A stretch of DNA of 64,000 nucleotides from an uncultured Bacteroidales bacterium (GTDB lineage Bacteria; Bacteroidota; Bacteroidia; Bacteroidales; VadinHA17): NCBI GenBank assembly GCA_963732115.1, contig CAVSYN010000001.1:9341-73340 (forward strand), in the 5' to 3' direction. The notes beneath the pieces were generated by a model that was not told the DNA's origin, did not search any database, and saw only the letters and a list, made by a program, of their open reading frames with translations. The position numbers and the translations under genes are program-made. Positions 22,862 to 33,438 of the stretch are shown here, one piece after another. Within the stretch, counting starts at the first letter, position 1. The number at the start of each line of letters is the position of its first letter.

Positions 22862-25800
22862 TTAAAAATTAACGCTTAAGCCCAACGTATATGTTCTGGC
22901 CTGCGGAGCAGTGTTCCTGTCAATACCAGGGGTAAGGTTTGCATTACCATTGGTAGAAACTTCCGGGTCTGATCCTGAATATTTGGTAAACACGTATCCA
23001 TTGAATACCTGTGCATAAAGCCTTATGTTCTCGATATTGGTAACTGCAGGCAGTTTTTTAAATGTGTAACCTAGTGATATATTTCTGACTTTTACATAAT
23101 CTCCCCTTTCAATATTCTCTGATATCGGGAAGCATGATCCATTGGAAATGTTATCATTCCATGACCGGTTTGGGTATATTGGTTACATCACCGGGCTTCT
23201 CCCATGCTGTTTCATATACTTCAGCTGAGTTATTCCACCATCTCTGGTCCCTCAGGCCGGCTTTTGATCCGTCAGTACAATTTGAAACCAAAAGCATATG
23301 TAAGGTTCAAGTGAGAAATCAAATTCTGAAAGGTCAGGGTATTGTCCAGATCCTCCTAAAATACTTTGGAAGCGGTGAACCCTGAATTTTGCATCGCCAG
23401 CTAAGGTTATTGCCGGAGCAACTCCGGAACCGTCCCTGTATTGCCATCTTGTTGCTGAAGAATTCTCAAGTAGAAAAGTACTTCTTTCCCGGCTTTGTTT
23501 ACATAGATCCTTCTGCCTGTTTCGGGATCAACGCCTCTTGTCTCAACAGCAAAGAGATTTCCAATTGGCTGACTCCACAACAGTTTTGTTTGTTGTTTCA
23601 AGTCCACCGGTGGTACCCACCAGAATTAGTCAACACCGGGAGCAAGAGCTGTTACCTCATTTTTCAGCGTACTGAAATTAAGGGTAGTCGTCCAGTGAAT
23701 TTTGGTTTGGAAATGTTTAAGCATGTAAGTGTAAGTTCCAGACCTGTATTAACATTGAACCTATATTCTGTGGATATTGTTCCACCCGGAATTCCTTTTG
23801 ACGGAGTTTGCTGTACACTCAAGAATAAGTCCGTTTATATCGTTGTAGTACTAGTTAATCTCAGCCTGGATCTTATCCTTCAGGAGGCCAAAGCTCAATC
23901 CAATATCATATTTATCGCTGGTTTCCCATTTCAAGGGCAGCGTTTCCTATCTGTGAGAAGTGCAAGGGTAGGTACATCTCCGTATAAACCGGCTCCATAA
24001 AGGTACAATGAGCTGAAATCACCAATACCTGACATATTACCTACACGTCCGAAGCTTGCTTTAAGACGGATATCTGAAAAGATGGATCCAATGGCATTCG
24101 AAATAAATTCCTCATTTGAAGCGTTCCACATTACAGAAGCGCCACCGAAGGTACCCCATTTATTACCAGCTGCCAGACCTGAAAAGGCATCGCGGCGCAC
24201 ACTGCCTTCGATGTAATATTTCTCTGTTATAGTTAAAACTTGCACGGCCAAAGTATGAAATGAAATAATTTTCACCGATACCGCCACCACCCATATCAGG
24301 TACTACCCATGAACCTTGATAAACCTTAAAGAACGGATCAGAAACATTATATTTTCCTGCATTCCAGTTGACACTTTTTGTGTACTGTTCCTCGGTTCCT
24401 GCAAGTAAACTCAGATTAAATTTCTCCAGGAAATTAAGGTCATAATTCAATGTATTTGTCCAGGTCCATCTCTTTGGTCTGTTAAAGTAGTTATAAGCAT
24501 CTCCATTATCTGAATAGCCATCACCAGCAACCGGTGTATAGAATTGAGTTGATTCAGATGACAGATTATCTATACCATAAACAGTTTTGAACGTAAGTCC
24601 TTTAACCGGTTGAACGCTTACATAAAGATTTGCCAGAAGCCTATCGGTTTCATTGGTGAATAAGCACAAATCTATTATTGGAACAGGATTATAATATGAT
24701 ATCCCCGATAACCCAGTTCGCCCATAGTACCAATTGCTGCCCCATTTAAATTATAAGAACCGCTATTGTTATATGGTCCGAGAATCGGAGGAAGAACAAA
24801 GGCAAGACGTGCAGCACCTGCAGTCGAGAAATCGGAACCGGTGTTGGGCGATTCACTGTAACCATTTGTATATGCAATATTTGCACCAAGCGAAATATAC
24901 TTGTTTAGCTTATGGTCTATATTTAATCTTGCATTTTTCCTGGTATATGAGCTTCTTCTTATCATACCATCCTGGTCTGTATAACCGACAGAAAGGAAAT
25001 AGCTGGTTGTCGGAGTTGCTCCTGAAAATGTAACTGCATGGTTCTGTTGGAATCCTTTCTGATAAACAAAGTCAGCCCAATCGGTATCGACAATATCTCC
25101 GTTCGCATCAGTTGCATTTTTAAGGACCAATGTTGAATTGGCATTTTGTAAAGCCTTATTTTTATGCGCGAGATATTGTGCTCCATTCATCATTTCAAAA
25201 AGATGATACGGTTCAGTATAACCAACATATCCATCATATGTTACGCTTGTTTTTGCCCCTGAACCACGCTTGGTAGTAATGAGGATTACCCCGTTAGCTG
25301 CACGTGATCCATAAAGTGCGGTTGCAGAAGCATCCTTAAGAATATCCATCGATGCAATATCAGAAGGATTAATATCTGAAAGAGCGTTTGCATAAGGAGC
25401 AGACTGTGACACATCCCCGGTAAATATAGGAACACCATCAACCACAACAAGCGGGTAAGAGCTTCCGGTAATTGAATTAAAACCCCTGATGCGAATAACA
25501 GGAGGGTTATTTAATACACCGTTAGGCATCGTAATTGACACTCCGGCAGCTTTCCCCTGCAATGCCTGATCAAAGCTTTGTACAGGGACAGATCTTATAT
25601 CATCAACTTTAACTGAGGATACAGAACCAGTGACATCGCGTTTTTGCTGGGTCCCATAGGCTACAACAACGACCTCTTCAACGTTGAAGATGTCCTGCTG
25701 GAGGACAGCATCAATTTTGTTCTTGCCGGCAATTGGGACTTCAATCGTTCTGTAACCGACAAAACTGAATGTCAGCGCCTGTGCGTTTGAGGGAGTAGAA

Positions 25801-25985
25801 AGGGTATACCTCCCATTTGAATCCGTAATGGCTCCAATGGTAGTTCCCTTGACTGTGACGTTCACTCCGGGTAAAGCCAGTCCGTCTTCCGCACTGGTAA
25901 CTGTACCCGAAATCTGCACTGTCTGGCTCATAACAAGCGCACCTGTTATAAGAAACAGTGTAAAAATCAATAGGATTTTTTTCAT
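22862..25985 (-). CDS. SusC/RagA TonB-dependent transporter (multiple frameshifts)
   Basis: LPGVNVTVKGT, EVVVVAYG, LKDASATALYGSRAANGVILITTKRG, LKWET, YSGSDPE, terminal F. Confidence 0.92.
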
Positions 25986-26199
25986 AAATACTCAGGTTTA
26001 GGTTAAAATGAACAGCTAATATATTTAATAAATTCAAATGATAACAATCATAATTAATAATTTTTAACATTTGATGTTGATTTTTTCTTAAAAAGTGCAA
26101 CTAATCAAATGAAAAACAGTTAATACCTTACTATTCCATGGAAAGCAGCCTTCCAGGAAATGCGTATGTTTAATAACATGTTTTGAGAAACAGGCAGAA

Positions 26200-27870
26200 T
26201 CAGTATGTGTTTAATGTAGTTATCCGGTCCTGCACCTTTTTGATGATCTCTTGTTCCTCTTTTGCAGATCTTACTTCCAGTAACTGACCTTTATCTAAAA
26301 TATCCTGAACAAATTCTTTGTCGGCAAGACCCGTTGCATTGACCTTTACGTTCAGAAATGCTCCTTTGATGCATGCCCTGAGAGCCAGGGCTCCTACTGC
26401 AGCGTCGGTAACAGAATTCGGATTTCCCTTTTCGACCATTTGCCTGATGAGTCCGAACCCCGAAAAAGCAGTTTCCATAACACTAAATGGGACCAGAATG
26501 GCCTTCCTGGTAGCTTCCTGTACTGCTGATTTTTTTGACTTATTTTCTTCCGGCGTCTTATCCGGAAGTTTGAAAGCATCCAGAATTTTGTTGAATGCAT
26601 CAGTATCCTCATCAACAAGGTGCAACAGTCGGTTTTGTATTACTTTCCCCTTTTCAGCCCAGTCCGAGAATTCCTTCCATCTTTCGTCCCAGCCGCGCTT
26701 ATGACTTGACAGGTTTGCGACCATAGTTCCAAGGGCCGCACCGAGAGCACCAATATATGCTGAAACCGACCCTCCCCCGGGAGCCGGCGATTCAGAGGCC
26801 GTTTCATTTATGAACGATTTCAGACTCATGTCTGCCAGCTTTGGACTGCTTTTCTCTTCCATGACAAATTCAATTATTTTTTCCGACGGTATGAACGGAT
26901 GTATATCATTAAGTCCCATCGACTTGATTGCAATTTTAATAAGTTCCTCGTCCGATACGCCTGTCGAACGCTGCTGTTTTTCAAGGAAATAACGACCCGC
27001 GTCAAGGATTGACTTAAGCGGGATCAGGCCAACCAGTTCCGAACCTGTAACCCTTATGCCCCTGGCATCAGATTTCCGGCATACCTCGTCAAAAGCTATG
27101 TGAACCGGTGTGACTGAGATATTTGTGAGGTTCATCGAGATCTGGGCGACCCCATATTCCTTAATATACCATCCGATTGCTTTTACACTCTTAAGCACAC
27201 CAGGTAAATCGAGAGTCTCACCCTTTTCATTTTTTATAGTTCTTCCCTTTTCCCTGACATCGAAAGCAATAGCATTTGCACGTCTGAGTGAAGTAGTATT
27301 AAGGTTTACATTGAAAGCTACAAGGAAATCCCTTGCACCTACTGCTGTAGCACCCGACCGGGCGTTGAACACTGAAGGGCCAAAGTCAGGTTTCCATTCA
27401 GGATCAGCCAGCTTCTTTTTTAATCCTTCATATTCACCAGCCCTGCAATCGGCCAGATTCTTTCTTTTCTCATTGAAAGCAGCATTTTCATAACAATATA
27501 CCGGTATTTCCAGTTCTTCCCCAATCCGTTTTGCGAGCATTCTGGCATATTCAGCTGTTTCCTCCATAGATATAGCGGATACAGGTATAAAAGGGCAGAC
27601 ATCAGTTGCTCCCATCCTTGGATGTGCCCCATGATGTTTTGACATATCAATAAGCTCAGCTGCTTTTTTAACAGCAAGGAAAGCTGCTTCGGATACTTCT
27701 TCAGGACTGCCGACAAATGTGACAACAGTCCGGTTTGTATCCTTCCCGGGATCAACATTAAGCAATTTGATTCCTTCAACCGATTCGATGCAATCGGTGA
27801 TCTGCTTTATTATTCCCATATCTCTGCCTTCGCTGAAGTTTGGAACGCATTCGATTATTCTTTTTTCCAT
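26200..27870 (-). CDS. ftcd: Bifunctional glutamate formiminotransferase / formiminotetrahydrofolate cyclodeaminase
   Basis: ECVPNFSEGR, HPRMGATDVCPF, GARDFLVAFN; C-terminal SPAPGGGSVSA, NVKVN. Confidence 0.95.
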   Translation of the reverse strand: MEKRIIECVPNFSEGRDMGIIKQITDCIESVEGIKLLNVDPGKDTNRTVVTFVGSPEEVSEAAFLAVKKAAELIDMSKHHGAHPRMGATDVCPFIPVSAISMEETAEYARMLAKRIGEELEIPVYCYENAAFNEKRKNLADCRAGEYEGLKKKLADPEWKPDFGPSVFNARSGATAVGARDFLVAFNVNLNTTSLRRANAIAFDVREKGRTIKNEKGETLDLPGVLKSVKAIGWYIKEYGVAQISMNLTNISVTPVHIAFDEVCRKSDARGIRVTGSELVGLIPLKSILDAGRYFLEKQQRSTGVSDEELIKIAIKSMGLNDIHPFIPSEKIIEFVMEEKSSPKLADMSLKSFINETASESPAPGGGSVSAYIGALGAALGTMVANLSSHKRGWDERWKEFSDWAEKGKVIQNRLLHLVDEDTDAFNKILDAFKLPDKTPEENKSKKSAVQEATRKAILVPFSVMETAFSGFGLIRQMVEKGNPNSVTDAAVGALALRACIKGAFLNVKVNATGLADKEFVQDILDKGQLLEVRSAKEEQEIIKKVQDRITTLNTY

Positions 27871-27905
27871 AAAAAATCTCCTATGAAAATCTATGCCTGT
27901 TTTTT

Positions 27906-27976
27906 CACCCCCTGCCCCCTAAAGGGGGTTCAATTCGGAGTAGCAATATAGCCCCCCTTCAGGGGGGTATGGGGGG
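27906..27976. repeat. REP-like inverted pair between hutI and ftcd
   Basis: CACCCCCTGCCCCCTAAAGGGGG ... CCCCCCTTCAGGGGGGTATGGGGGG. Confidence 0.65.
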
Positions 27977-27977
27977 C

Positions 27978-29237
27978 TTATAAAACGTTTCCTTTTAGTA
28001 TTACTTTATCAATCAAATTACTACCAAAAGCATACGGAAAATAACTATATGACGGAATCTCCTTCGTAATGATCAAATTGGCAACCTTGCCCCTTGCAAT
28101 TGATCCGTGCGTCGCAGAAATACCCATTGCATAAGCTGAATTAATTGTAACAGCATTGAAAACCTCCTCAGGAAGCATTCTCAGCCTTATGCAACCCAGT
28201 GACATAATCAGCCTCATATTTCCTGAAGGCGATGATCCGGGATTATAGTCAGAGGCAAGGGCAACCGGAAGTCCGGCATCGATCATCCTGCGTGCCTGTG
28301 GTTCCGGCAAGCCGAGAAAGAATGCTGAACCCGGTAGCAAGGTCGGCATCGTATCAGAATCCAAAAGATCCCTGATCTCTTCTTCTCCGGCTTGTTCAAG
28401 ATGATCGACTGAGAGTGCGTTATATTTAATACCAACCTGTACTCCTCCCGAAATGCCAAATTCATTTGCGTGCAGTTTTGGTGTAAGACCATATTTCATA
28501 CCTGCCATCAAAATCCGATCCGTTTCATCAATGCTAAAAAATCCATCATCGCAAAACACATCTATATAATCAGCAAGATCCTCAGCAGTTATAACAGGGA
28601 TCATTTCATAAATGATCATTTCAATATACTTATTCCGGTTATTTTTGAATTCTTCAGGAACAGCATGAGCTCCAAGAAATGTTGATTTTACTGCGAGCAG
28701 TGTATTTTCTTTTATTCTTCTTATCACCCGAAGCATTTTGAGCTCATCTTCGGTATTAAGCCCATAACCGCTCTTTATCTCCACTGCACCTGTACCCAGT
28801 TGAATGATTTCATTTATCCGGTTCATCGACTGGATAAATAATTCATCCTCAGATGTTTCGTGAAGTTTCCTGGCTGAATTTAATATGCCTCCGCCCCTTC
28901 TCGCTATCTCTTCATAAGATAATCCTCTGATCCTGTCAACAAATTCCTGTTCCCTGCTCCCCGCGAATACCAGGTGAGTATGAGAATCACAGAAAGAAGG
29001 AAATACGCATTTCCCTGAAGCATCCAATACTTCCCCGGAGTCTTTAGGGAGCATCTGCAGGTATGGAGGAATCGAAGACATCTTTCCAAAATCTTTTATA
29101 GTCCCATCCTCGACAGACACATAAGCATCTGAAATTGTGTTGAGTATTGCCATATCTTTACCGCAGACCCTTAGCTCCGGGGCGTTTTCGACCTGTATAA
29201 TTTCTTTTATATTTTTGATTAGCAACCTCATAAGCAT
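27978..29237 (-). CDS. hutI: Imidazolonepropionase
   Basis: DSHTHLVF, GGGILNS, EIKSGYGL, FLGAH, KLHANE, SVDHLE, SDYNPGSS. Confidence 0.96.
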   Translation of the reverse strand: MLMRLLIKNIKEIIQVENAPELRVCGKDMAILNTISDAYVSVEDGTIKDFGKMSSIPPYLQMLPKDSGEVLDASGKCVFPSFCDSHTHLVFAGSREQEFVDRIRGLSYEEIARRGGGILNSARKLHETSEDELFIQSMNRINEIIQLGTGAVEIKSGYGLNTEDELKMLRVIRRIKENTLLAVKSTFLGAHAVPEEFKNNRNKYIEMIIYEMIPVITAEDLADYIDVFCDDGFFSIDETDRILMAGMKYGLTPKLHANEFGISGGVQVGIKYNALSVDHLEQAGEEEIRDLLDSDTMPTLLPGSAFFLGLPEPQARRMIDAGLPVALASDYNPGSSPSGNMRLIMSLGCIRLRMLPEEVFNAVTINSAYAMGISATHGSIARGKVANLIITKEIPSYSYFPYAFGSNLIDKVILKGNVL

Positions 29238-29338
29238 TTAGTCGTAAAAACGAAAGTCTAAGGTAGCAATTATTGCAAATACTCTAAATGATATCCATTT
29301 TTCTTTATCTTTAGCTCTGTTAACCAAACCTATAACCT

Positions 29339-30679
29339 ATGAAAAAGACCTTTACAGTAATTCTTACTATACTATTTGTATTATCCGCGTCGGGGCAGGA
29401 AAAGAAGGTTAAAACGGGATGGAAATTCGGAGGAGCCTTACCTGCCATATCATTTGATACAGATTTGGGATTTCAATACGGAGCCCTTGTAGAATTCTTT
29501 AATTACGGTGATGGAAGCAGATATCCTGATTTCTTTGACCATACCTATACCGAAGTATCGCATTATACAAAAGGCAGTGGCATTTACAGGTTCATGTTCG
29601 AGTCAAACCATATTATCCCGGGGGTTCATTGGACAAGTGATCTGAGTTATCTTCCCGACCAGGCAAATCATTTTTACGGTTTCAACGGTTATGAGGCCAT
29701 CTATAATACAGACTGGGAGGATGAGGAATCGTCCGATTACAGGACCAGGATGTTCTACCGCTTTCAGAGAAACCAGTTCAGGTTTAAAAACGATTTCCAG
29801 GGAAAGCTTTCAGGCGAACATATCTTATGGAGTGCAGGATTTGCATTCCAGGATTTCAAGAACAGCTCAGTCAATATCGACAAGCTTAACAAGGGAAAAA
29901 GCACCAAACTTCCCTCAGTTGAGGAGGAACCAGGAATATTTGAAAGATACCAGGCGCTCGACCTGATCTCCACTAATGAAGCTAACGGCGGGTGGGTCAA
30001 TACTGTTAAGGCCGGAATCGCCTGGGACAGCAGGGATAACAGGCCTAATCCCATGAAAGGAATCTGGACAGAGCTTGGCATCGAGGTTGCTCCAAAATTC
30101 ATGGGAAATGACTGGGGATTCTCAAGGTTTTATATCACACATCGTCAATACTTTACCATCATAGAAGAAAATCTGTCTTTTGTTTACAGGCTGGGATTTC
30201 AGTCCACTCTTTCAGGAACTGTTCCGTTTTTCTACCAGTCGCAGGTGATTACCTCAATGCTTACAGGAGCAACTAATGAAGGTCTTGGGGGAGCTGCAAC
30301 ATTAAGAGGTGTTAAAAGGACCAGAGTTCTTGGTGATGGTTTTGTTTTCGGGAACCTTGAACTCCGGGGTAAACCGGTCCACTTTACATTATTCAATCAG
30401 GAGTGTTATCTGGGACTCAGCCTGTTTTATGATTTTGGAAAAATCACAAATAGAATCGCACTACCCGATAATATTCAATCCCGGTTCGCAAGTGTATACC
30501 CCGAAGAGAATTTTTCCGACTATTTTAAAGAGGGCAAGGATAAATTGCATCAGAGCGCAGGTATTAGCATCATGCCGGTTATGAACCGTAACTTTGTTAT
30601 ATCTGTTGATATCGGAAAGGCATTTAACAAGCAGGATGGCAATATAGGGGTTGCAATCGGATTGAATTATTTGTTTTAG
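29339..30679 (+). CDS. Omp85/BamA-TamA family outer-membrane beta-barrel protein
   Basis: Signal peptide, WDSRDNRPNP.KG, LGGAATLRG, C-terminal GLNYLF. Confidence 0.82.
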   Translation: MKKTFTVILTILFVLSASGQEKKVKTGWKFGGALPAISFDTDLGFQYGALVEFFNYGDGSRYPDFFDHTYTEVSHYTKGSGIYRFMFESNHIIPGVHWTSDLSYLPDQANHFYGFNGYEAIYNTDWEDEESSDYRTRMFYRFQRNQFRFKNDFQGKLSGEHILWSAGFAFQDFKNSSVNIDKLNKGKSTKLPSVEEEPGIFERYQALDLISTNEANGGWVNTVKAGIAWDSRDNRPNPMKGIWTELGIEVAPKFMGNDWGFSRFYITHRQYFTIIEENLSFVYRLGFQSTLSGTVPFFYQSQVITSMLTGATNEGLGGAATLRGVKRTRVLGDGFVFGNLELRGKPVHFTLFNQECYLGLSLFYDFGKITNRIALPDNIQSRFASVYPEENFSDYFKEGKDKLHQSAGISIMPVMNRNFVISVDIGKAFNKQDGNIGVAIGLNYLF

Positions 30680-30683
30680 GATA

Positions 30684-31150
30684 ACATGTACTCACCCCCT
30701 AAGTCCCCCTCTACCTTGTACTACCTTTTATACACATCTTTATAAAATTCCGACAAACCAATGCAACTGTCAATAATTGAATGAGATTCCTCACTTCGTT
30801 CGGAATGACACTTTATATTTATGGCACTATTGGGGAAGAAGCGGCGATCCGCAGCAGAAGTCTTGCTTGAGGGATTAAATACAACCTGCGGATCGCCGCT
30901 TCTTCCCATAAATACCTGAAAAACAGATTGTCATCCCGAAGCGAAGCGAGGGATCCCTTTATAAATATCCCATTCATATGAATATCTTTATAGTCATATT
31001 GTATTACAACAAATATATAACCTGACACAATAAATAAATGACCCATATCAATAAATGACTTAACCATAAAGGGTACAGGAGTTTTAAAATGGGAGATGTG
31101 TATAAAGGTTAGTTGCGGAGCAGACAGGGGATTTAGGAGTGAGTACGTGT
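30684..31150. repeat. Four-layer nested inverted-repeat array
   Basis: IR pairs 30684-30710/31126-31150, 30721-30739/31094-31112, 30783-30810/30929-30957, and a perfect 22-bp pair 30833-30854/30886-30907. Confidence 0.85.
30721..31112. mobile_element. Non-autonomous MITE-like element with IS50/Tn5-type 19-bp terminal inverted repeats
   Basis: Left end CTACCTTTTATACACATCT; right end (revcomp) CTAACCTTTATACACATCT; no transposase ORF; no target duplication visible. Confidence 0.55.
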
Positions 31151-31196
31151 ATTTATTTCAGAGAGGCAACTAATAGGGAGAGTAAATCATTCAATA

Positions 31197-32468
31197 TCAA
31201 AACCCCTTCAGGAAATACCCTAAACCAACACCAAGATAGTTACCGATTACGTAACCGATTATCCCAACGGTAATCCCTGTGATTATCACATCCTTATTTT
31301 TAAGCGCTCCTGCCACGACCGGAACAAAAGGAGGAGAAAAGACAAAGGCTGTAGTTGTTATCAGAAAATCATCGGCATTGACTTTGAATATTTTCGACAG
31401 TATTATATGAAGGAACAAGGTCCCGAAATATGCATACGAAATATAGGCAAACAGACCCAGAAAGCCGATACTGAATATAACCTTGAGGTTTGCCATTGAA
31501 GCAACTGCAAATGAAAACACAAGAATGAAATACATTCCCAGCTGGAATGTTTTTTCTATTCTGTTAAGCCAGCCTATCAGCGAGCCTATTATAGCCAGGG
31601 TTGTAATCGAGAGTATTACCACAACCATCTGGGAAAGATTGGGCAGTAGCAAACTTATTCCAAAAGAGACAATGAAAATAAGAATTGCTATACTAAGCGC
31701 TTCCAACAGCGGCAACAATCTTCCCTTTTTAAACATCCCTGAAAAGTCTTCAAAGCTTTCTGCCTCGGCAATTGCCTGATCAGTATCCATTGACACTCCA
31801 TCATGCCTGAATGGTAGCAAAATCGCGCGGAATATCCTTGGCCCGATTGTAATAAAAAATATTATTGTTATCGCCCCTACTATCATATCATATGTGCTGG
31901 TCATAACAAACAAGTTAGGATCTACACCCAATGCTACTTTAAGTGAAACCAGGTTTGGAGTTCCACCTGTGTAAACACCAACCAGCATCCCGGCAACTTT
32001 CCAGCTATCCGGAACAACAGTCTTAAAAATAAAATATCCGGAAGTAACAATGGCGACAACAGAGATAAGTGCGAGGATCATTGAAATAAATCCTTCCTTA
32101 GCAAACCTCAGCCATCTTCTTACATTAAGAGAGAACAGTAAAAGCGGAAAAGAAAGAGGTACAACTATTGAGGTAAGCATATCCTGAGCCTTTGCAATAG
32201 AGTTTACGAAAACATCATTCTCATTTATTGTACCTGAAGAAAGCAGTGCCTGCACCTCCTGTTCAGGTACGGCCGGCCTTCCCTGTAAGGAAAAACGGTA
32301 GCTGCTGCTTCCCTGTGGCAGAATCCCGGAACTACCCAGGAGCAGTCCAAAGGCATAAGCCAGCACAATCGATCCCAGCTTCTTCAGGAAGGACCACCTT
32401 TTGCACATATAAATAATTACCAGAGGGAAAGTAAAATAAAGAAGGATGAGTAGTATAATTTTAATCAT
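31197..32468 (-). CDS. DUF819 family membrane protein
   Basis: Multi-TM protein, GVYTGGTPN, SPPFVPVVA, GYVIGNYLG; start placed at the internal ATG 32468. Confidence 0.85.
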   Translation of the reverse strand: MIKIILLILLYFTFPLVIIYMCKRWSFLKKLGSIVLAYAFGLLLGSSGILPQGSSSYRFSLQGRPAVPEQEVQALLSSGTINENDVFVNSIAKAQDMLTSIVVPLSFPLLLFSLNVRRWLRFAKEGFISMILALISVVAIVTSGYFIFKTVVPDSWKVAGMLVGVYTGGTPNLVSLKVALGVDPNLFVMTSTYDMIVGAITIIFFITIGPRIFRAILLPFRHDGVSMDTDQAIAEAESFEDFSGMFKKGRLLPLLEALSIAILIFIVSFGISLLLPNLSQMVVVILSITTLAIIGSLIGWLNRIEKTFQLGMYFILVFSFAVASMANLKVIFSIGFLGLFAYISYAYFGTLFLHIILSKIFKVNADDFLITTTAFVFSPPFVPVVAGALKNKDVIITGITVGIIGYVIGNYLGVGLGYFLKGF

Positions 32469-32501
32469 AGGTAAGTTTTTTCGGGTGATCCAAATATAAA
32501 T

Positions 32502-32532
32502 AAAAGGCGACTTGCCAAATAGCAAATCGCCT
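32502..32532 (-). terminator. Probable intrinsic terminator after fabI
   Basis: AAAAGGCGACTTGC-CAAATA-GCAAATCGCCT hairpin with T-run on the minus strand. Confidence 0.6.
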
Positions 32533-32567
32533 GTAAAATAGGTATTTATACTTATCTTTCATTATCC

Positions 32568-33395
32568 TTAATCACATTCTTCAAAACTCTTTTTATATTG
32601 TTCAATTGCCTTAAGGCTCATCCCCATGCTGGAGAAGCCACCATCGTGAAAAAGATTCTGCATGGTGATCTTGCGTGTAAGGTCTGAAAAGAGTACGACA
32701 CAAAAATCAGCACACTCCTCAGCTGTTGCATTTCCAAGGGGAGACATTCTTTCAGAGAAATCGACAAGTGAATCGAATCCATGAATTCCGCTGCCGGCTG
32801 TAGTTAGCGTTGGTGATTGTGAAATTGTATTTATCCTCACCTTCCTGTCACGTCCATAAATATATCCAAATGACCGTGCAATGGATTCAAGAAGCGCCTT
32901 GGCGTCTCCCATATCATTATATCCTGTAAGTGTTCGCTGGGCAGCAACGTATGACATAGCTACAACTGATCCCCACTCATTTATTGCATCATATTTAAAT
33001 GCTGTCTGCAGAATCCTGTGAAAACTCAAAGCTGATATATCGAAGGTCTTAAGCATGTTTTCGTAGCTGGTATTCTCGTAGGGAATATCTTTTCTGACGT
33101 TCGGAGACATGCCTATAGAATGGAGGATGAAGTCAAACCGCCCCCCGAAGACTTCCATGCTTTCCGAAATAAGCTTATCAATATCTACCATGCTGGTTGC
33201 ATCAGCCGGGATTATTTTGCTGCCGGTAATCCTGGCAAGTTCGGTTATTGTGCCCATCCTTATTGCAACCGGAGAGTTGGTAAGAACGAGTTCTGCCCCG
33301 TGCTGCCAGGCTTTCAGAGCTACCTGCCACGCTATTGATTTGTCATTCAATGCGCCAAAGATTATTCCTTTCTTTTGCTTTAGTAATCCATCCAT
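32568..33395 (-). CDS. fabI: Enoyl-ACP reductase
   Basis: GALNDKSIAW, LHSIGMS, YNDMGDAKALLES, SPLGNA, QNLFHDGGFS. Confidence 0.93.
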   Translation of the reverse strand: MDGLLKQKKGIIFGALNDKSIAWQVALKAWQHGAELVLTNSPVAIRMGTITELARITGSKIIPADATSMVDIDKLISESMEVFGGRFDFILHSIGMSPNVRKDIPYENTSYENMLKTFDISALSFHRILQTAFKYDAINEWGSVVAMSYVAAQRTLTGYNDMGDAKALLESIARSFGYIYGRDRKVRINTISQSPTLTTAGSGIHGFDSLVDFSERMSPLGNATAEECADFCVVLFSDLTRKITMQNLFHDGGFSSMGMSLKAIEQYKKSFEECD

Positions 33396-33438
33396 TTTGC
33401 TAAACGATCGTTGAATTGATTTCTTTACGTAATGATTT

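Noticed and set aside
6000-26000. Apparent mass pseudogenisation or programmed frameshifting (coaE, nusB, ftsK, argF, arcC, susCD; also coaBC and the island genes)
   Set aside because: The breaks are 1-nt indels that hit essential genes, and the flanking protein sequence is otherwise undegraded. This pattern fits uncorrected long-read errors. Read polishing would confirm it.
30721-31067. Short ORFs 30721-30909 and 30819-31067
   Set aside because: They are read-throughs of the palindromic repeats (e.g. CHSERSEES) with no other coding evidence.
30721-31112. Nextera/Tn5 adapter contamination (TTATACACATCT / AGATGTGTATAA)
   Set aside because: Neither end matches the outer part of the mosaic end CTGTCTCT or the adapter tail, and the ends sit symmetrically within other natural-looking repeats. 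A native IS50-like end is more likely.
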